64,000 nucleotides of DNA from Steroidobacteraceae bacterium (GCA_027456605.1 DAIDUQ010000065.1:5009-69008), one strand, 5' to 3'; shown: positions 27,899 through 38,701, counted from the first letter of the stretch. Program-made: numbers and translations. The notes: generated by a model from the letters alone, not told the origin.

Positions 27899-27954
27899 GT
27901 GGACATTCTCCTCAGTTTACGCCCGGCGCCGCCGTCCCCCGGCGCGCAGGCCGC

Positions 27955-29040
27955 CTAGTGCGACGTGAAGCCGCGTCCGGCGAAAAATTCGCGCATCGCC
28001 CGCATGCCCGGGGCGAGATCCAGATGATTGCGCGCCACCCAGGCGTCATTGAAATACGTCGAGGCGTAGCGCTCGCCCTGATCGCACAGGATCGACACCA
28101 CCGACCCGTCGCGCCCCTGCGCGACCATCTCGGCGATCAGGTGGGCGCAGGCCCAGACGTTGGTTCCGGTCGACCCCCCGCACAGCCGCCCGAGCCGCTC
28201 GCTCAGCACGCGTGCCGCGGCAATGCTGTCGGCGTCGCGCACCACTATCATGCGATCGACCACGTGGGCAATGAACGACGGCTCGACGCGCGGCCGGCCG
28301 ATGCCTTCGATGCAACTTTCGCAGCGCTCGATCTCGGTGACGCCGCGGTCGGCGAAATGGCGATGAAAGACCGAGCCCTCCGGATCGCTCACGCAGATCC
28401 CGGTGGCGAAATGGTTGTAACGCACGAACCGGCCGAGGGTCGCCGAGGTACCCCCGGTACCGGCGCCACAGACGATCCATCGCGGCACGGGATGCCGCTC
28501 ACGGCCGAGCTGCTGAAAAATGGAATCGGCGATGTTGTTGTTGCCACGCCAATCGGTCGCCCGCTCCGCGTACTTGAACTGGTCCATGTAATGGCCGCGC
28601 ACCTCGCGCGCGAGACGTTCCGCCTCCCGATACACCTCGTTCGGATCGTCGGCGAAGTGACACTCTCCGCCCTGGAACTCGATCGCGGCGATCTTCTCCG
28701 CGGCGGTCGAGCGCGGGACCACCGCGATGAAGCGCAACCCGAGCATGCGCGCGAAGTATGCCTCGGAAACCGCCGTCGAGCCGCTCGAGGCCTCGACGAT
28801 CGGGGTATCCGGTCCGATCCAGCCGTTGCACAACGCGTAGAGGAACAGCGAGCGCGCCAGCCGATGCTTCAGGCTGCCGGTGGGATGGCTCGACTCGTCC
28901 TTCAGATACAGCTCGATCCCCGGATAGTGCGGCAGATCGATCGGAATCAGGTGGGTATCCGCGGACCGATTGAAGTCCGCCTCGATCCGGCGGACCGCCT
29001 GGTCCGTCCAGTCCCGGCGCGCGAGATGAGGGCTCGGCAT
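27955..29040 (-). CDS. PLP-dependent cysteine synthase/cystathionine beta-synthase family protein
   Basis: Track ORF 27955..29163, with start reset to ATG 29040 ([11 protein letters not shown]). Motifs: [19 protein letters not shown] (PLP-Lys), [24 protein letters not shown]. Confidence 0.8.
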   Translation of the reverse strand: MPSPHLARRDWTDQAVRRIEADFNRSADTHLIPIDLPHYPGIELYLKDESSHPTGSLKHRLARSLFLYALCNGWIGPDTPIVEASSGSTAVSEAYFARMLGLRFIAVVPRSTAAEKIAAIEFQGGECHFADDPNEVYREAERLAREVRGHYMDQFKYAERATDWRGNNNIADSIFQQLGRERHPVPRWIVCGAGTGGTSATLGRFVRYNHFATGICVSDPEGSVFHRHFADRGVTEIERCESCIEGIGRPRVEPSFIAHVVDRMIVVRDADSIAAARVLSERLGRLCGGSTGTNVWACAHLIAEMVAQGRDGSVVSILCDQGERYASTYFNDAWVARNHLDLAPGMRAMREFFAGRGFTSH

Positions 29041-29203
29041 GGCCGCCAACTTAACATGATCCCGCCCGCGGCGGTGGATTTGCCGCCGATCGATCCTTCG
29101 CGCGCCCCGTCGCCACCCCGCGGGCCCGCCGAGCGCGCGCCGGTCGCATGACCCTTGCGCCATGCGCCTGCGGCCGGCCCGGACGCGCGGCGGCCGCGGA
29201 GAG

Positions 29204-29938
29204 TTAGGCGCGTCCGCCGATCACGGCCAGCGCCTCCGGCCGCAGCAGCGTCACGTCGCGGGCGCGGACCCGCAACCAGCCCTCGCGCTTGAGCGCGCCG
29301 AACGAACGGCTGACGGTCTCGAGGGTGAGACCCAGATGGCGGGCGATATCGCGGCGGCTCATGCTCAGACGGAATTCGGTCGGCGACAGTCCCCGCCGGG
29401 CCAGCCGCCGGGACATATCCGCCAGGAAGCGCGCCACGCGGTTGCGCGCGTCGCACAGACTGAGCTGGCCGCGCAGCCGCTGGGACTCATCGAGCGCCCC
29501 GCCGAGCAGCCGCAGGATCTCGCGCCGCAGGCCGGGAAGTTGCTCGATCAGCGCCTCGAGCCCGCGCATCGGCATGCGGCAGTATTCGAGCGGCTCGAGC
29601 GCGGTCACGTCGCACGAGTAGACACCGGCGGCAAAGCCTTCCAGTCCCACCGCCTCGCCCGGCAACACGAAGCCGTGGACCTGCTCGACACCATCCAGCG
29701 TGACGCTGTGGGATTTGGCCGAGCCGCTGCGCACCACCAGCAGCGCGTGCATAGGCGCGCCACAATGCACCAGCGCCGATCCAGCCGGCAACGGGCGTCC
29801 ACGCTCGACGGCGCGCTCGAGCGCGTGCACCTCGGCGAGCGGCAGATGCCCCGGCAGACACAGCGCGCGCAGCGCGCAGTCGCGGCAGCTGACGCATTCC
29901 GGCGTGCCGGCACGTTTGGCGTGGAATCTCGTGTTCAC
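29204..29938 (-). CDS. fnr: Crp/Fnr family oxygen-sensing transcription regulator (FNR/Anr type)
   Basis: Track ORF 29204..30064. A start near 29938 (VNTRFHAK) gives about 244 aa. The N-terminal Cys cluster is [13 protein letters not shown]. The HTH region [32 protein letters not shown] is very close to E. coli FNR. Confidence 0.85.
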   Translation of the reverse strand: MNTRFHAKRAGTPECVSCRDCALRALCLPGHLPLAEVHALERAVERGRPLPAGSALVHCGAPMHALLVVRSGSAKSHSVTLDGVEQVHGFVLPGEAVGLEGFAAGVYSCDVTALEPLEYCRMPMRGLEALIEQLPGLRREILRLLGGALDESQRLRGQLSLCDARNRVARFLADMSRRLARRGLSPTEFRLSMSRRDIARHLGLTLETVSRSFGALKREGWLRVRARDVTLLRPEALAVIGGRA

Positions 29939-29988
29939 GCCCGGAAGGATAGCGCTCCCTGGGCCGCCGTATATTCCGGTTATCCGCA

Positions 29989-30002
29989 CTTGACATCGGT
30001 CA
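29989..30002. promoter_or_regulatory. FNR/Anr/FixK-type box TTGAC-N4-GTCAA in the fnr-ubiT divergent intergenic region
   Basis: The perfect palindrome TTGACATCGGTCAA was read directly. It ends about 35 nt upstream of the ubiT ATG and lies about 50 nt upstream of the proposed fnr start. Coordinates are +/-1 nt. Confidence 0.6.
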
Positions 30003-30036
30003 AATTCCGGCCTCGGCGGGCCATTACGATCGCGCC

Positions 30037-30540
30037 ATGAAGGCTTCGCCACCCGGGCGGGCACCGCTCGCCGATCTCAATCCGTTCGGTCCCCTGTTCG
30101 TCGGCGTGGTCAACCGCCGCACGCGCGGCCGGGGACTCGAGCAGACGCTGGCGGCGCTCGAGGGCAAGCGGATATGCATCCGCGCCACCGACCTGCCGCT
30201 GACCCTGACGCTGGCGGTTCGCGGCGGCAGGCTCGAGGCCGCGCCGGCGCGCGCCACGCCGCACGTCACACTGCGCGGCCGTTTGATCGATCTCGTCCGG
30301 CTGGCGTCGCGCGCCGAGAATCCGGATACCCTGTTTTTCCAGCGCCGATTGCGTTTCGAAGGCGAGACCGAGACGGGTTTGGCGATCAAGAACGCGCTGG
30401 ACGCGCTCGAGTGGCCGTGGCCGCGCGATGCCCGCCGCTTGGCGCCGCAGCCTCTGGCGACGGCCCTGCGCGCGACCCTTCGGCTGCTGCCCTGCTCGCC
30501 CTTCGCGCCATTGGAGCCGCGCCGTCCCGGATCGCGCTGA
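30037..30540 (+). CDS. ubiT: SCP2-domain ubiquinone biosynthesis accessory factor UbiT (YhbT-like)
   Basis: 167 aa. The segment NPDTLFFQRRLRFEGETETGLAIKNALDALE closely matches the E. coli YhbT segment DPDTLFFQRRLVIEGDTELGLYVKNLMDAIE. Confidence 0.8.
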   Translation: MKASPPGRAPLADLNPFGPLFVGVVNRRTRGRGLEQTLAALEGKRICIRATDLPLTLTLAVRGGRLEAAPARATPHVTLRGRLIDLVRLASRAENPDTLFFQRRLRFEGETETGLAIKNALDALEWPWPRDARRLAPQPLATALRATLRLLPCSPFAPLEPRRPGSR

Positions 30541-30814
30541 GCGTTCAGCGCCACGCATCAGCCGCCCGGCGGCGCGGCATGCAGGGCTGGGAGCGTTCCG
30601 GCCGGATACGCCAGCTCGACTCCGAGGTGCGCAGGCATCGCCGATGCACGCCCTGCGTCGAGCCCGAGCGTGATCGGCCGTGCCGCATCTTCCGGCCAAC
30701 ATCGCCGGATCGGCAGCCGTGCCAGGTCGATCTCGGTCCCGCCCGGGGTGTACTGCCGAAACGGCGCGCGCGGGACGCGGCGCGACAGCCCGCCCAGCCC
30801 ACTGCGGGCGGCGC

Positions 30815-33800
30815 CTACTGCGCGGGCGCCGCCTCCGAGGCCGGCGCGCGCCGATTCTGGCGCGCGTGGTCGGCCGCGAGCGCCAGATACACCGCCGGCA
30901 CGATGAACAGCGTGAACACCGTGCCGATCGACAGCCCCGCTGCGATCACGATGCCCATCGCGCGCCGCCCGGCGGCGCCCGCGCCGGTGGCGAAGACCAT
31001 CGGCAGTACGCCGACCACCATGGCCGCCGTGGTCATCAGAATCGGCCGCAGACGCACCTCGGCGGCCTCTTCGATGGCGCGCAGCTTCGAGACGCCGGAG
31101 CGCTGCAGGTCGTTGGCGAACTGCACCATCAGAATGCCGTGCTTGCTGATCAGACCGAGCAGCGTCACCAGGCCGACCTGGGTGTAGATGTTGAGCGTCG
31201 TGAAGCCGATGTTGATGAACAGCAGCGCGCCGAACAGCGCCGCCGGCACCGACACCAGGATCACCACGGGGTCGCGGAAGCTCTCGAACAACGCCGCGAG
31301 CGCGAGAAAGACGATCACCAGCGAGAACCCGAAGGTCATCAGGAAACTGTTCGAGCCCTTCATGAACTGGCGCGACTCGCCGGCGTAGTTGGCCCGGAAC
31401 CCGCTCGGCGCTACCTGGCGCAGCGTCTTGCGCAGGAACGCCAGCGCCTGGCCCTGCGGGACCGCGGCCACCCCGGCGATCATCGCCGAGCTCAGGCGCT
31501 GAAAGTGATTGATCGCCTGCGGCACGACTTCGCGCTTCAGCCGCGCCACGGTGCCAAGCTGCACCAGCGCGCCGCTCGCGGTGCGCAGGTAATAGTCGAG
31601 CACCTGATGCGGATTCAACCGGTACCTCTGCTGCACCTGCGGGATCACCTCGTAGGAGCGTCCGCCGAGCGCGAAGTAATTGACGTAGCCGCCGCCGAGG
31701 GCGGCGCCGAGGGTGCTGGCCACGCTCTGCTGCGTCAGGCCCAAGTCGGCCACTTTCGACGCACTGACCATCAGCTCGTCCTGCGGCTCGTCGATCTTCA
31801 AATCGCTGTCGACGAAGAAGAACCGGCCGCTCGCACGGGCCCGCGCCAGCACCTGGCGGGCGACCGAATACAGCCTGCCGATCGGCTCGGCGGTGGTGAT
31901 CTCGAACTGCACCGGCAGGCCGCTCGCGCCGGGCAGCGGCGGGAACTGGAAGGCCACGACGTGCGCCCCGGCGATGTGATTCCAGCGCGACTGCAGGACT
32001 TTCTGGATCTGCGTCGCCGTGCGGGTCCGCTGGCTCCACGGCTTCAACAGGACACCGCCGATGCCCTGGTTCACCGACGGCGTGCCCGTGATCTGGAACA
32101 TCTGTCGATATTCCGGCAGTGTGCGCGCCGCCTGAAAGATTTGCCGCTCGTAGCTGTGCATCTGCTGCAGCGTCGCATCCGGCGGACCGATGAGCTGGTA
32201 CATGACCACGCCCTGATCCTCCTGGGGCGCGAGCTGGGATTTCGAGGTCAGAAACAGATAGGCGATGCTGCCGAGCAGGATCACCAGCAGCACGATCAGC
32301 ACCGGCCAGGTGGCCAGCCAACTCGAGAGGACGCGCCGGTAGCGCGCGCGCAACGCGTTGAAGGCGCGGTCGAGCAGATGCGCGAAGCGGCTGTCCTCCT
32401 GCTCGGAGCGGAAGATTCGCGAGCAGAGCATCGGCGAGAGCGTGAGCGCGATGATCGCCGAGCAGGTCACCGCCCCGACCAGCGCGAAGGCGAACTGGGT
32501 GAACAGCGCGCCGGTGAGGCCGGTCTGGAAGGCGATGGGCGCATAGGCGGCCACCAGCACGACGGTCATGGCGAGAATGGGACCGCCGAGCTCGCGGGCA
32601 CCGAGCACCGCCGCATCGAGCGGCGAGCGCCCTTCTTTCATGTGCCGGTCGACGTTCTCCACGACGATGATGGCATCGTCGACCACCAGTCCGATGGCGA
32701 GCACAAGCGCGAGCAGCGTCAATAAGTTGATCGAATAGCCGAGCGCCAGCATCAGGATGAAGGCGCCGATGATCGACAGCGGCATCGCGAGCGCCGGAAC
32801 TGCGGAGGCGCGAGCGCTGCCGAGAAACAGATAGATGACCGCCGTGACGATCAGCAATGTCTCGATCAGCGTGCGCACCACGTCGACGATCGACGCGTCG
32901 ATGAACGTCGTCCCGTCGAACACGATCTTCTGCGTGATGCCCCGAGGCAGCTGCCGGGCGATGCCCGGCAGAGCGGCCTTGACCTTGTCCGCCACGTCGA
33001 GCACGTTGGCGCTCGGGGCGGACTCGATCCCGACGAATACCCCGGGACGTCCGCTGAAATCGACGCTGGAGTCATAATTCTGGGCGCCGAGCGCCACCGT
33101 GGCCACGTCCTTCAGGCGCACGAACGCGCCGTCCTGGGCGCGAATCACCAGATTGCGGAAGGCCCGTACCGTGTGCGGGTTGGTCGAGGCGGTGAGGTTG
33201 ACGCTCACCATCTGGCCCTTCGTGCGGCCGGCCGCGGACAGATAGTTGTTGGCCGCGAGCGCCTGATACACGTCCGCGGCCGTCACGCCGTACGCGGCCA
33301 TGCGCGAGGGGTCGAGCCAGGCGCGCAACGCGAATGTACGCGCGCCGAGCACCGCCGCGTCCTGCACTCCGGGAATGGCGTTCAGCTGCGGCTGGACCAC
33401 GCGCAGCAGGTAATCGGTCAGCGCGTTCTGCTGCAGCAAGTTGCTGAAGTAGCCGATGTACATGGTGTCCGTGGTCTGATTCTTCTGCAACTGGATCACC
33501 GGCAGCTGCGACTGCGGCGGCAGTTGATTGCGGACCGCATTGACCTGGGCGCTGATCTCGGTGAGCGCCCGGTTGGCGTTGTAGTTCAAGCGCAGCGTCG
33601 CGGTGATCACCGAAACGCCCTCGCTCGAGGAGGATGACAGATAGCCGATACCCTGCGCCTGGGCGATGGCCGTCTCGAGCGGTTGGGTGATGAACCCCGC
33701 GACCGTCTGCGCATCGGCGCCGTAGTAGGCGGTGGAGACGGTGATGACCGCGCTCTGGGTCTTCGGATACTGAGTGACCGGCATCTGGAAGATGGCGCGC

Positions 33801-33877
33801 AGCCCGAGCACCAGCATCAGCAGGCTGACGACGGCCGACAGCACGGGCCGGCGGATGAAGGTCTCCGTGAATTTCAC
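30815..33877 (-). CDS. RND multidrug efflux permease (AcrB/MdtB/MdtC family)
   Basis: 1020 aa. The N-terminus is MKFTETFIRRPVLSAVVSLLMLVLG. It has a 12-TM two-large-loop architecture and motifs such as VVDDAIIVVENV. Confidence 0.9.
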   Translation of the reverse strand: MKFTETFIRRPVLSAVVSLLMLVLGLRAIFQMPVTQYPKTQSAVITVSTAYYGADAQTVAGFITQPLETAIAQAQGIGYLSSSSSEGVSVITATLRLNYNANRALTEISAQVNAVRNQLPPQSQLPVIQLQKNQTTDTMYIGYFSNLLQQNALTDYLLRVVQPQLNAIPGVQDAAVLGARTFALRAWLDPSRMAAYGVTAADVYQALAANNYLSAAGRTKGQMVSVNLTASTNPHTVRAFRNLVIRAQDGAFVRLKDVATVALGAQNYDSSVDFSGRPGVFVGIESAPSANVLDVADKVKAALPGIARQLPRGITQKIVFDGTTFIDASIVDVVRTLIETLLIVTAVIYLFLGSARASAVPALAMPLSIIGAFILMLALGYSINLLTLLALVLAIGLVVDDAIIVVENVDRHMKEGRSPLDAAVLGARELGGPILAMTVVLVAAYAPIAFQTGLTGALFTQFAFALVGAVTCSAIIALTLSPMLCSRIFRSEQEDSRFAHLLDRAFNALRARYRRVLSSWLATWPVLIVLLVILLGSIAYLFLTSKSQLAPQEDQGVVMYQLIGPPDATLQQMHSYERQIFQAARTLPEYRQMFQITGTPSVNQGIGGVLLKPWSQRTRTATQIQKVLQSRWNHIAGAHVVAFQFPPLPGASGLPVQFEITTAEPIGRLYSVARQVLARARASGRFFFVDSDLKIDEPQDELMVSASKVADLGLTQQSVASTLGAALGGGYVNYFALGGRSYEVIPQVQQRYRLNPHQVLDYYLRTASGALVQLGTVARLKREVVPQAINHFQRLSSAMIAGVAAVPQGQALAFLRKTLRQVAPSGFRANYAGESRQFMKGSNSFLMTFGFSLVIVFLALAALFESFRDPVVILVSVPAALFGALLFINIGFTTLNIYTQVGLVTLLGLISKHGILMVQFANDLQRSGVSKLRAIEEAAEVRLRPILMTTAAMVVGVLPMVFATGAGAAGRRAMGIVIAAGLSIGTVFTLFIVPAVYLALAADHARQNRRAPASEAAPAQ

Positions 33878-33887
33878 CGCGGCGACC

Positions 33888-35057
33888 TCACCGGTTCGGC
33901 AACGAGGGATGCGGCGTGTCGAGCGGCTGCACGCTGTCGTTGATCGTCACGGCGGCCCCGTTCCTCAGCTTCAGCTGCCCACTGGTGACGATGCGCTCGC
34001 CCGCCGCGACGCCCTTCAGCACCGCCACCTGATCCCCGCGCGTCGGCCCGAGCGTCACGAACACCTGCCGGACGATCGCGTGGCTGCCGGGCCTGGCGCC
34101 CGAATGCACGACGAACACCGTATCGCCGTACGGGTTGTAGCTGATGGCCGCATCCGGCAGCGTGAGATAGCGCCGCGGCGCACCCGCGTCCACCGCGGTG
34201 TGCACGAACATTCCGGGCTGCAACAGCCCGCGCGGATTGGCGATGGTGGCCTCGGCCTCGAAATTGCGCGTGGCCGGATTCACCAGCGAGTTGGTCGAGG
34301 TGATCCGCCCGGTGAACACGACGCCCGGGAAGGCCCCGGTGCGCACCTCGACGGTTTGGCCGACGCGAACCCGCGCCAGGTCGTTCTGGGGCAGCTTGAA
34401 GTCGTCGAAGATCGGGTCGAGCGACTCCAATGTCACGATCGACGTGCCGGCCTGCAGGTACTGGCCGGGGTTGACCGTGGTGATGCCGAGTCGGCCCGTG
34501 AACGGGGCGCGCACGGTCTTTTCCGCGATCAGCGCCTTTTCCTCGTTGACCTGCGCGAGCGCGCTTTTCCACGCCGCGGTGGCGGCATCGAGGGTCTCGG
34601 TGCTGATGGCCTGGGCGCGGTACTGGATGACGTCGCGCTCATGAGTGAGCGCGTCGAGATGCGCCGTCGCCTGCAGCGAGTGCAGCTGCGCGACGTTGGG
34701 CGCGTCGTTGAGGCGCACCAGCACCTGCCCGGCGCGAGCGTAGGCGCCGGACCTGAACTCGACGCGGACGACCATGCCGGCCACCTGGGGACTGACGTCC
34801 ACGCCGTGCACGGCGCGCAGACTCCCGATCGAGCGCACGTGCGGCTGCCAGGTGGAGTAGGCGATCTGCGTCGCGCTCACGGTCTGCGGCTCGGCGGCGT
34901 TCTTCGCCATGAACCTGCGAATGAAGTGCGCCTTGACCATGTTCCAGCCGAACGCGCCGCCCACCAGCACGGCCATCACGGCGAGCACGATGAGCAACCG
35001 ACGCCAAATCAGGCGTTTGTCCACGATCTGCGAACTCCTCTGCGGGGGCGGGTACAC
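33888..35057 (-). CDS. RND efflux periplasmic adaptor (membrane fusion protein)
   Basis: 389 aa with an N-terminal TM, coiled-coil and lipoyl/beta-barrel pattern (RAPFTGRLGITTVNPGQYLQAG). It lies 10 nt upstream of the RND permease. Confidence 0.85.
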   Translation of the reverse strand: MYPPPQRSSQIVDKRLIWRRLLIVLAVMAVLVGGAFGWNMVKAHFIRRFMAKNAAEPQTVSATQIAYSTWQPHVRSIGSLRAVHGVDVSPQVAGMVVRVEFRSGAYARAGQVLVRLNDAPNVAQLHSLQATAHLDALTHERDVIQYRAQAISTETLDAATAAWKSALAQVNEEKALIAEKTVRAPFTGRLGITTVNPGQYLQAGTSIVTLESLDPIFDDFKLPQNDLARVRVGQTVEVRTGAFPGVVFTGRITSTNSLVNPATRNFEAEATIANPRGLLQPGMFVHTAVDAGAPRRYLTLPDAAISYNPYGDTVFVVHSGARPGSHAIVRQVFVTLGPTRGDQVAVLKGVAAGERIVTSGQLKLRNGAAVTINDSVQPLDTPHPSLPNR

Positions 35058-35162
35058 CTAGGGGCCCGAGCGGGATCCTCCCTGAGGAGACGATCCGGCC
35101 CGCGCAATGCGTCTGTGCAAGGGGAACCCGGCTATTTTAACCACAACGGCGCGGCGCCCGCC

Positions 35163-36944
35163 TCAGGCAGCGCGTTCGCGGGCCAGATATTCATCCACGG
35201 GAACGCGCTCGATGATGCGTCCGGCGTCCATTACCGCCACCTCGTCCACCAGTTGAGCCAGACCGCCCAAACGATGCGTGATGAGCAGCACCGTCCGGCC
35301 GCGCGCGGCCGCGGACAGCGCCGCGTACAGGTCGCGGACGGTGCGCGCATCCAAGCCTTCGGTTGGCTCGTCCAGCGCCAGCACGGGCGCATCCTGCAGC
35401 AGCGCGCGGGCAATGGCGATCCGTCGCGCCTCGCCGCCCGAGACGAGCGCGCCCGCCTCACCCAGCACTGTGGCGTAACCCTGCGGCAGAGACGCCACGA
35501 ATCCGTCCAGCTGCGCCAGATGGAACGCTCGCTCGATCCGACTCGCATCGGCCTCGGGCGCTGCCAGCAACACATTGTCCCACAGCGACAGATTAAAGAG
35601 CATGGGATGCTGAGCGATGACCGCGATGCGCCGGCGCAGCTCATCCCCCTGCAGCGCCTCCAGAGGCTCTGCGCCGAACAGCACGCGTCCGGCCTGCACC
35701 GGGTAGAGTTTCAACAGCACGCCGAGCAGCGAGCTCTTGCCCGCGCCGGAGGCGCCGACCACGGCGAGCCGCGCGCCGGCGGCGAGCGTCAGGTCGATCC
35801 CCTCGAGCGCCCACTGCGCATCCTCGGCGTAGCGCAGACGCACGCCTTGAAACGCGATGTCCGGCGCCGCCGCGACCGGGGCACCGACCCGCGGCTCGAC
35901 GAACGGCGGCGGTGTGTCGGCCAGCTCGAACACCCGCGCCCCCGCCCCGAGCGTGGCATGCCACTGCGCCAGCGCCTCGGGCAGCGGCCCGACGACTTCA
36001 AACAGCGCGAGCGTCAGCAGCGAGAGCATTGCCAGCTGGGCCGGCGGCAGCGCGCCGTCGCGCGCCGCCGCCACGCCGACGGCCAGCACGGCAAGCAGTG
36101 TCAGCTGCGCGAGCACGCCCGCCAACCCGCCACCGACGGCCTGCACCCGCTCGATACGGCCACGCCGCGCGCCCAGACGCTCCGCCAGCGCGTCGATGCG
36201 CGCGGCGTGCGCGGACACGCCCCCCCAGGCGAGCAGATCGTCATGACCACGCAACGCATCCAACAGCAATCCGCGCAGCATGGCGGCCTCGGACACCGAC
36301 TGGGCCGCATCGCGCCGCGCGCGCCAGCGCGTCCACATGGGCAGCAAGACCCCGGCGACCCCGACGCCGAGCAGCAGCGGCGGCACGGCGTCCGGCAGCT
36401 CGATTAGACACAACACGAGCGCCATGACAACGGACAACAGAGCCACCGTGGCCGGCACCAGCACGGCCAGATAGAAATGCTCCAGCGCGTCGATGTCGGC
36501 GCGCAGGCGCGCAAACAGCTCGCCGCTGCGCAACGCCGCCAGGCGGGCCGGCGCCAGCGGGATCAACCGTCGAAACAGCCACGCGCGCAATCCCGCCAGA
36601 CCGCGAAGGGTCGCCTCGTGCGTCACGACACGCTCGCCGTAGCGGCCGCCGCTGCGCGCAATGGCGCAGGCGCGGACGGCCGCCGCGGGCGTGTAGTAGT
36701 TGATGGCCACGCCGCCGGCCCCGGCCAACGCCATGGCCGCGATGAACCAGCCCGACACCGCCATCAGTCCGATGGCGGCGAAGGCGGCGAGGAATGCGAG
36801 GGCCGCGCCGCCGGCCATCCAGGCGCGGTGCGGACCGAGGACCGCCAACAGCCGCCGCACCGGAGAGCGCGGCGCGGCAGGCGTCTCGGCCGGAGGGGTC
36901 GGCGGACTCACCGGCTCGGACGCCGGCGCCGGCGAGGCTTTCAT
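35163..36944 (-). CDS. cydC: thiol reductant ABC exporter subunit CydC
   Basis: In-frame ATG 36944 (MKASPAP) within track ORF 35163..37100, with a 4-nt overlap with the cydD stop. It has 6 TM segments plus an NBD: GASGAGKSSLLGVLL, LSGGEARRIAIARALL, VLALDEPTEGLD. Confidence 0.8.
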   Translation of the reverse strand: MKASPAPASEPVSPPTPPAETPAAPRSPVRRLLAVLGPHRAWMAGGAALAFLAAFAAIGLMAVSGWFIAAMALAGAGGVAINYYTPAAAVRACAIARSGGRYGERVVTHEATLRGLAGLRAWLFRRLIPLAPARLAALRSGELFARLRADIDALEHFYLAVLVPATVALLSVVMALVLCLIELPDAVPPLLLGVGVAGVLLPMWTRWRARRDAAQSVSEAAMLRGLLLDALRGHDDLLAWGGVSAHAARIDALAERLGARRGRIERVQAVGGGLAGVLAQLTLLAVLAVGVAAARDGALPPAQLAMLSLLTLALFEVVGPLPEALAQWHATLGAGARVFELADTPPPFVEPRVGAPVAAAPDIAFQGVRLRYAEDAQWALEGIDLTLAAGARLAVVGASGAGKSSLLGVLLKLYPVQAGRVLFGAEPLEALQGDELRRRIAVIAQHPMLFNLSLWDNVLLAAPEADASRIERAFHLAQLDGFVASLPQGYATVLGEAGALVSGGEARRIAIARALLQDAPVLALDEPTEGLDARTVRDLYAALSAAARGRTVLLITHRLGGLAQLVDEVAVMDAGRIIERVPVDEYLARERAA

Positions 36945-38701
36945 GACTGCTCCGCCTGCAACAGCGCGGCATACGCGCCACGCGCGTTCGCCAACTCGGA
37001 CGGGGGACCCTGCTCGGCGATGCGGCCCCCGCTCATGACCGCCACCCAGTCGGCGGAGCGCGCCGCGCTCAATCGGTGCGCGACCAGCAGTACCGTGCAC
37101 GAGGCGGCGATATTTCGGATCAGCGTCTCCACTGTGAGCGCACTCGCGGCATCCAGATGGGCGGTGGGCTCATCGAGCAGCCAGATCGTCGCGCGCTCCC
37201 GCAACAGCGCGCGCGCCAGCGCCAGGCGCTGCAGCTCGCCGCCCGAGAGCCCCAGTCCGCGCTCGCCGAGCGGTGTGTCCCAGCCCCGCGGCAAGCGCGC
37301 GAGCACCGGCGCGAGGCCGCTGCGCTCGGCGGCGCGCTGCAGCGCGGCAACATCGGCCTGCGGCGCGGCCAGCCGCAGATTGTCCCGCACGCTGCCCTCG
37401 AAGACGTGTGTCCGTTGGGGCACCCAGGCCACGTGCGCGCGCCAGTCATCCGCATCGAGCGCCGTCAAATCCACGCCGTCGATGCGGATGCAGCCCCTGT
37501 CCGGCGCCGCGAAGCCCAGCAGCAGGCTGAGCAGCGTGCTCTTGCCGGCGCCGGTTGCTCCGACCAGCGCCGTCACGCGCCGCGCCTGCAGCACGATGCT
37601 GCAGTCACGCAGCGCCGCGGCCCGGCCGCGGTGCGCGTAACAGACGCGGTCGACGGCGATCTCGGGTGCCGTTGCCGTCGTCATCGCCGCGCGGTCCACC
37701 CGCGGCGGCGTCCGCGCCGCGGCGGGCAAATCATCGAGCGCCGCGAGCCGCCGCGCCGCGGCCAGCGCGTCCATGCGCGTATGGCGCAGCGCACCGAGCG
37801 CCCGCAGCGGCAGATACAGCTCCGGCGCCAACAGCAGCACGAACAGGCCGGCGCGCAGATGCAGCTCGCCCCACAGGAGGCGGAAGCCGATGAGCACCGC
37901 GACCATGGCGATGCTGACCATCGCGAAGAACTCGAGCACGAGCGCCGAAAGAAAGGCGATGCGCAACACCTGCATGGTGAGCGTGCGATACGCGCCGCTC
38001 TCCTCGTCCAGGTGTTGCGCGAAGCGCTCGGCGGCGCCGAGGAGACGCAACGTGACCAGCCCGCCGAGCGCTTCGATGAAGGCCGCCCCGAGCCGCCTCA
38101 GCTGTGCATACCGGCGCTCACTGGCGTGCTCGGCGGCGTGCCCCGCGAAGGTCATGAACAGCGGGATCAGCGGCGCGGTGAGCAGCAGGATCAGACCGGA
38201 AAGCCAGTCCGCGGGAAACACGAACAGCAGCAGCAACGCCGGAATCAGGACGGCGGCGAGCGCCTGCGGCAGGTAGCGCGCGAAGTACGCCTGTACCGCG
38301 TCGATCCCGTCGACCAGCTGAGTGATCAGATCGCCGCTCGCCTCGGCGCGCAGGCCATGCGGTCCAAGCGCCTGCGCGCCGCGCAGCACACGCCCGCGCA
38401 GCGAGTCGGCCAGCCGCTGCGCCGCTCGCTGGGCCGTGTCCCGGGCGCCGACGCTCAACGCGAAGCGTGCCGGCGCGAGCAGCAGCAGCGCCAGCGCCTG
38501 CGGCCACAGGCGCGCCAGCGGCGCGCGCCGCATCACGGCCTCGGCGAGGATCCCGGACAGCAGCCACGCCTGCGCCACCAGCGCCAGTGCCTGCGCTGCC
38601 GTCAACAGCGCGACACGATGCCGCGGGCGGCGAATCTCTTGCGCCGCCCGCCGCAGCCAGTCCTCGGCCGGCGGGGTCGCGGTCAACCCCGGGGACGACA
38701 C
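36941..38701 (-). CDS. cydD: thiol reductant ABC exporter subunit CydD
   Basis: Track ORF 36941..38833. GTG 38701 (VSSPGLTATPPAEDWLRR) is preferred because it lies downstream of the cydX-like stop and aligns with the E. coli CydD N-terminus. Motifs: YLPQALAAVLIP, GATGAGKSTLL, LSGGELQRLALARALL. The start is uncertain. Confidence 0.8.
   Translation of the reverse strand: MSSPGLTATPPAEDWLRRAAQEIRRPRHRVALLTAAQALALVAQAWLLSGILAEAVMRRAPLARLWPQALALLLLAPARFALSVGARDTAQRAAQRLADSLRGRVLRGAQALGPHGLRAEASGDLITQLVDGIDAVQAYFARYLPQALAAVLIPALLLLFVFPADWLSGLILLLTAPLIPLFMTFAGHAAEHASERRYAQLRRLGAAFIEALGGLVTLRLLGAAERFAQHLDEESGAYRTLTMQVLRIAFLSALVLEFFAMVSIAMVAVLIGFRLLWGELHLRAGLFVLLLAPELYLPLRALGALRHTRMDALAAARRLAALDDLPAAARTPPRVDRAAMTTATAPEIAVDRVCYAHRGRAAALRDCSIVLQARRVTALVGATGAGKSTLLSLLLGFAAPDRGCIRIDGVDLTALDADDWRAHVAWVPQRTHVFEGSVRDNLRLAAPQADVAALQRAAERSGLAPVLARLPRGWDTPLGERGLGLSGGELQRLALARALLRERATIWLLDEPTAHLDAASALTVETLIRNIAASCTVLLVAHRLSAARSADWVAVMSGGRIAEQGPPSELANARGAYAALLQAEQS

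Noticed and set aside
30558-30815. Protein-like minus-strand frame just after the RND permease stop (…FRQYTPGGTEIDLARLPIRRCWPEDAARPITLGLDAGRASAMPAHLGVELAYPAG…), with ~78% GC3.
   Set aside because: There is no ATG/GTG/TTG start between the RND stop and the internal Met (which leaves only 26 aa), and I recognise no family. It is probably a decayed gene fragment. It could be rechecked by blastx.
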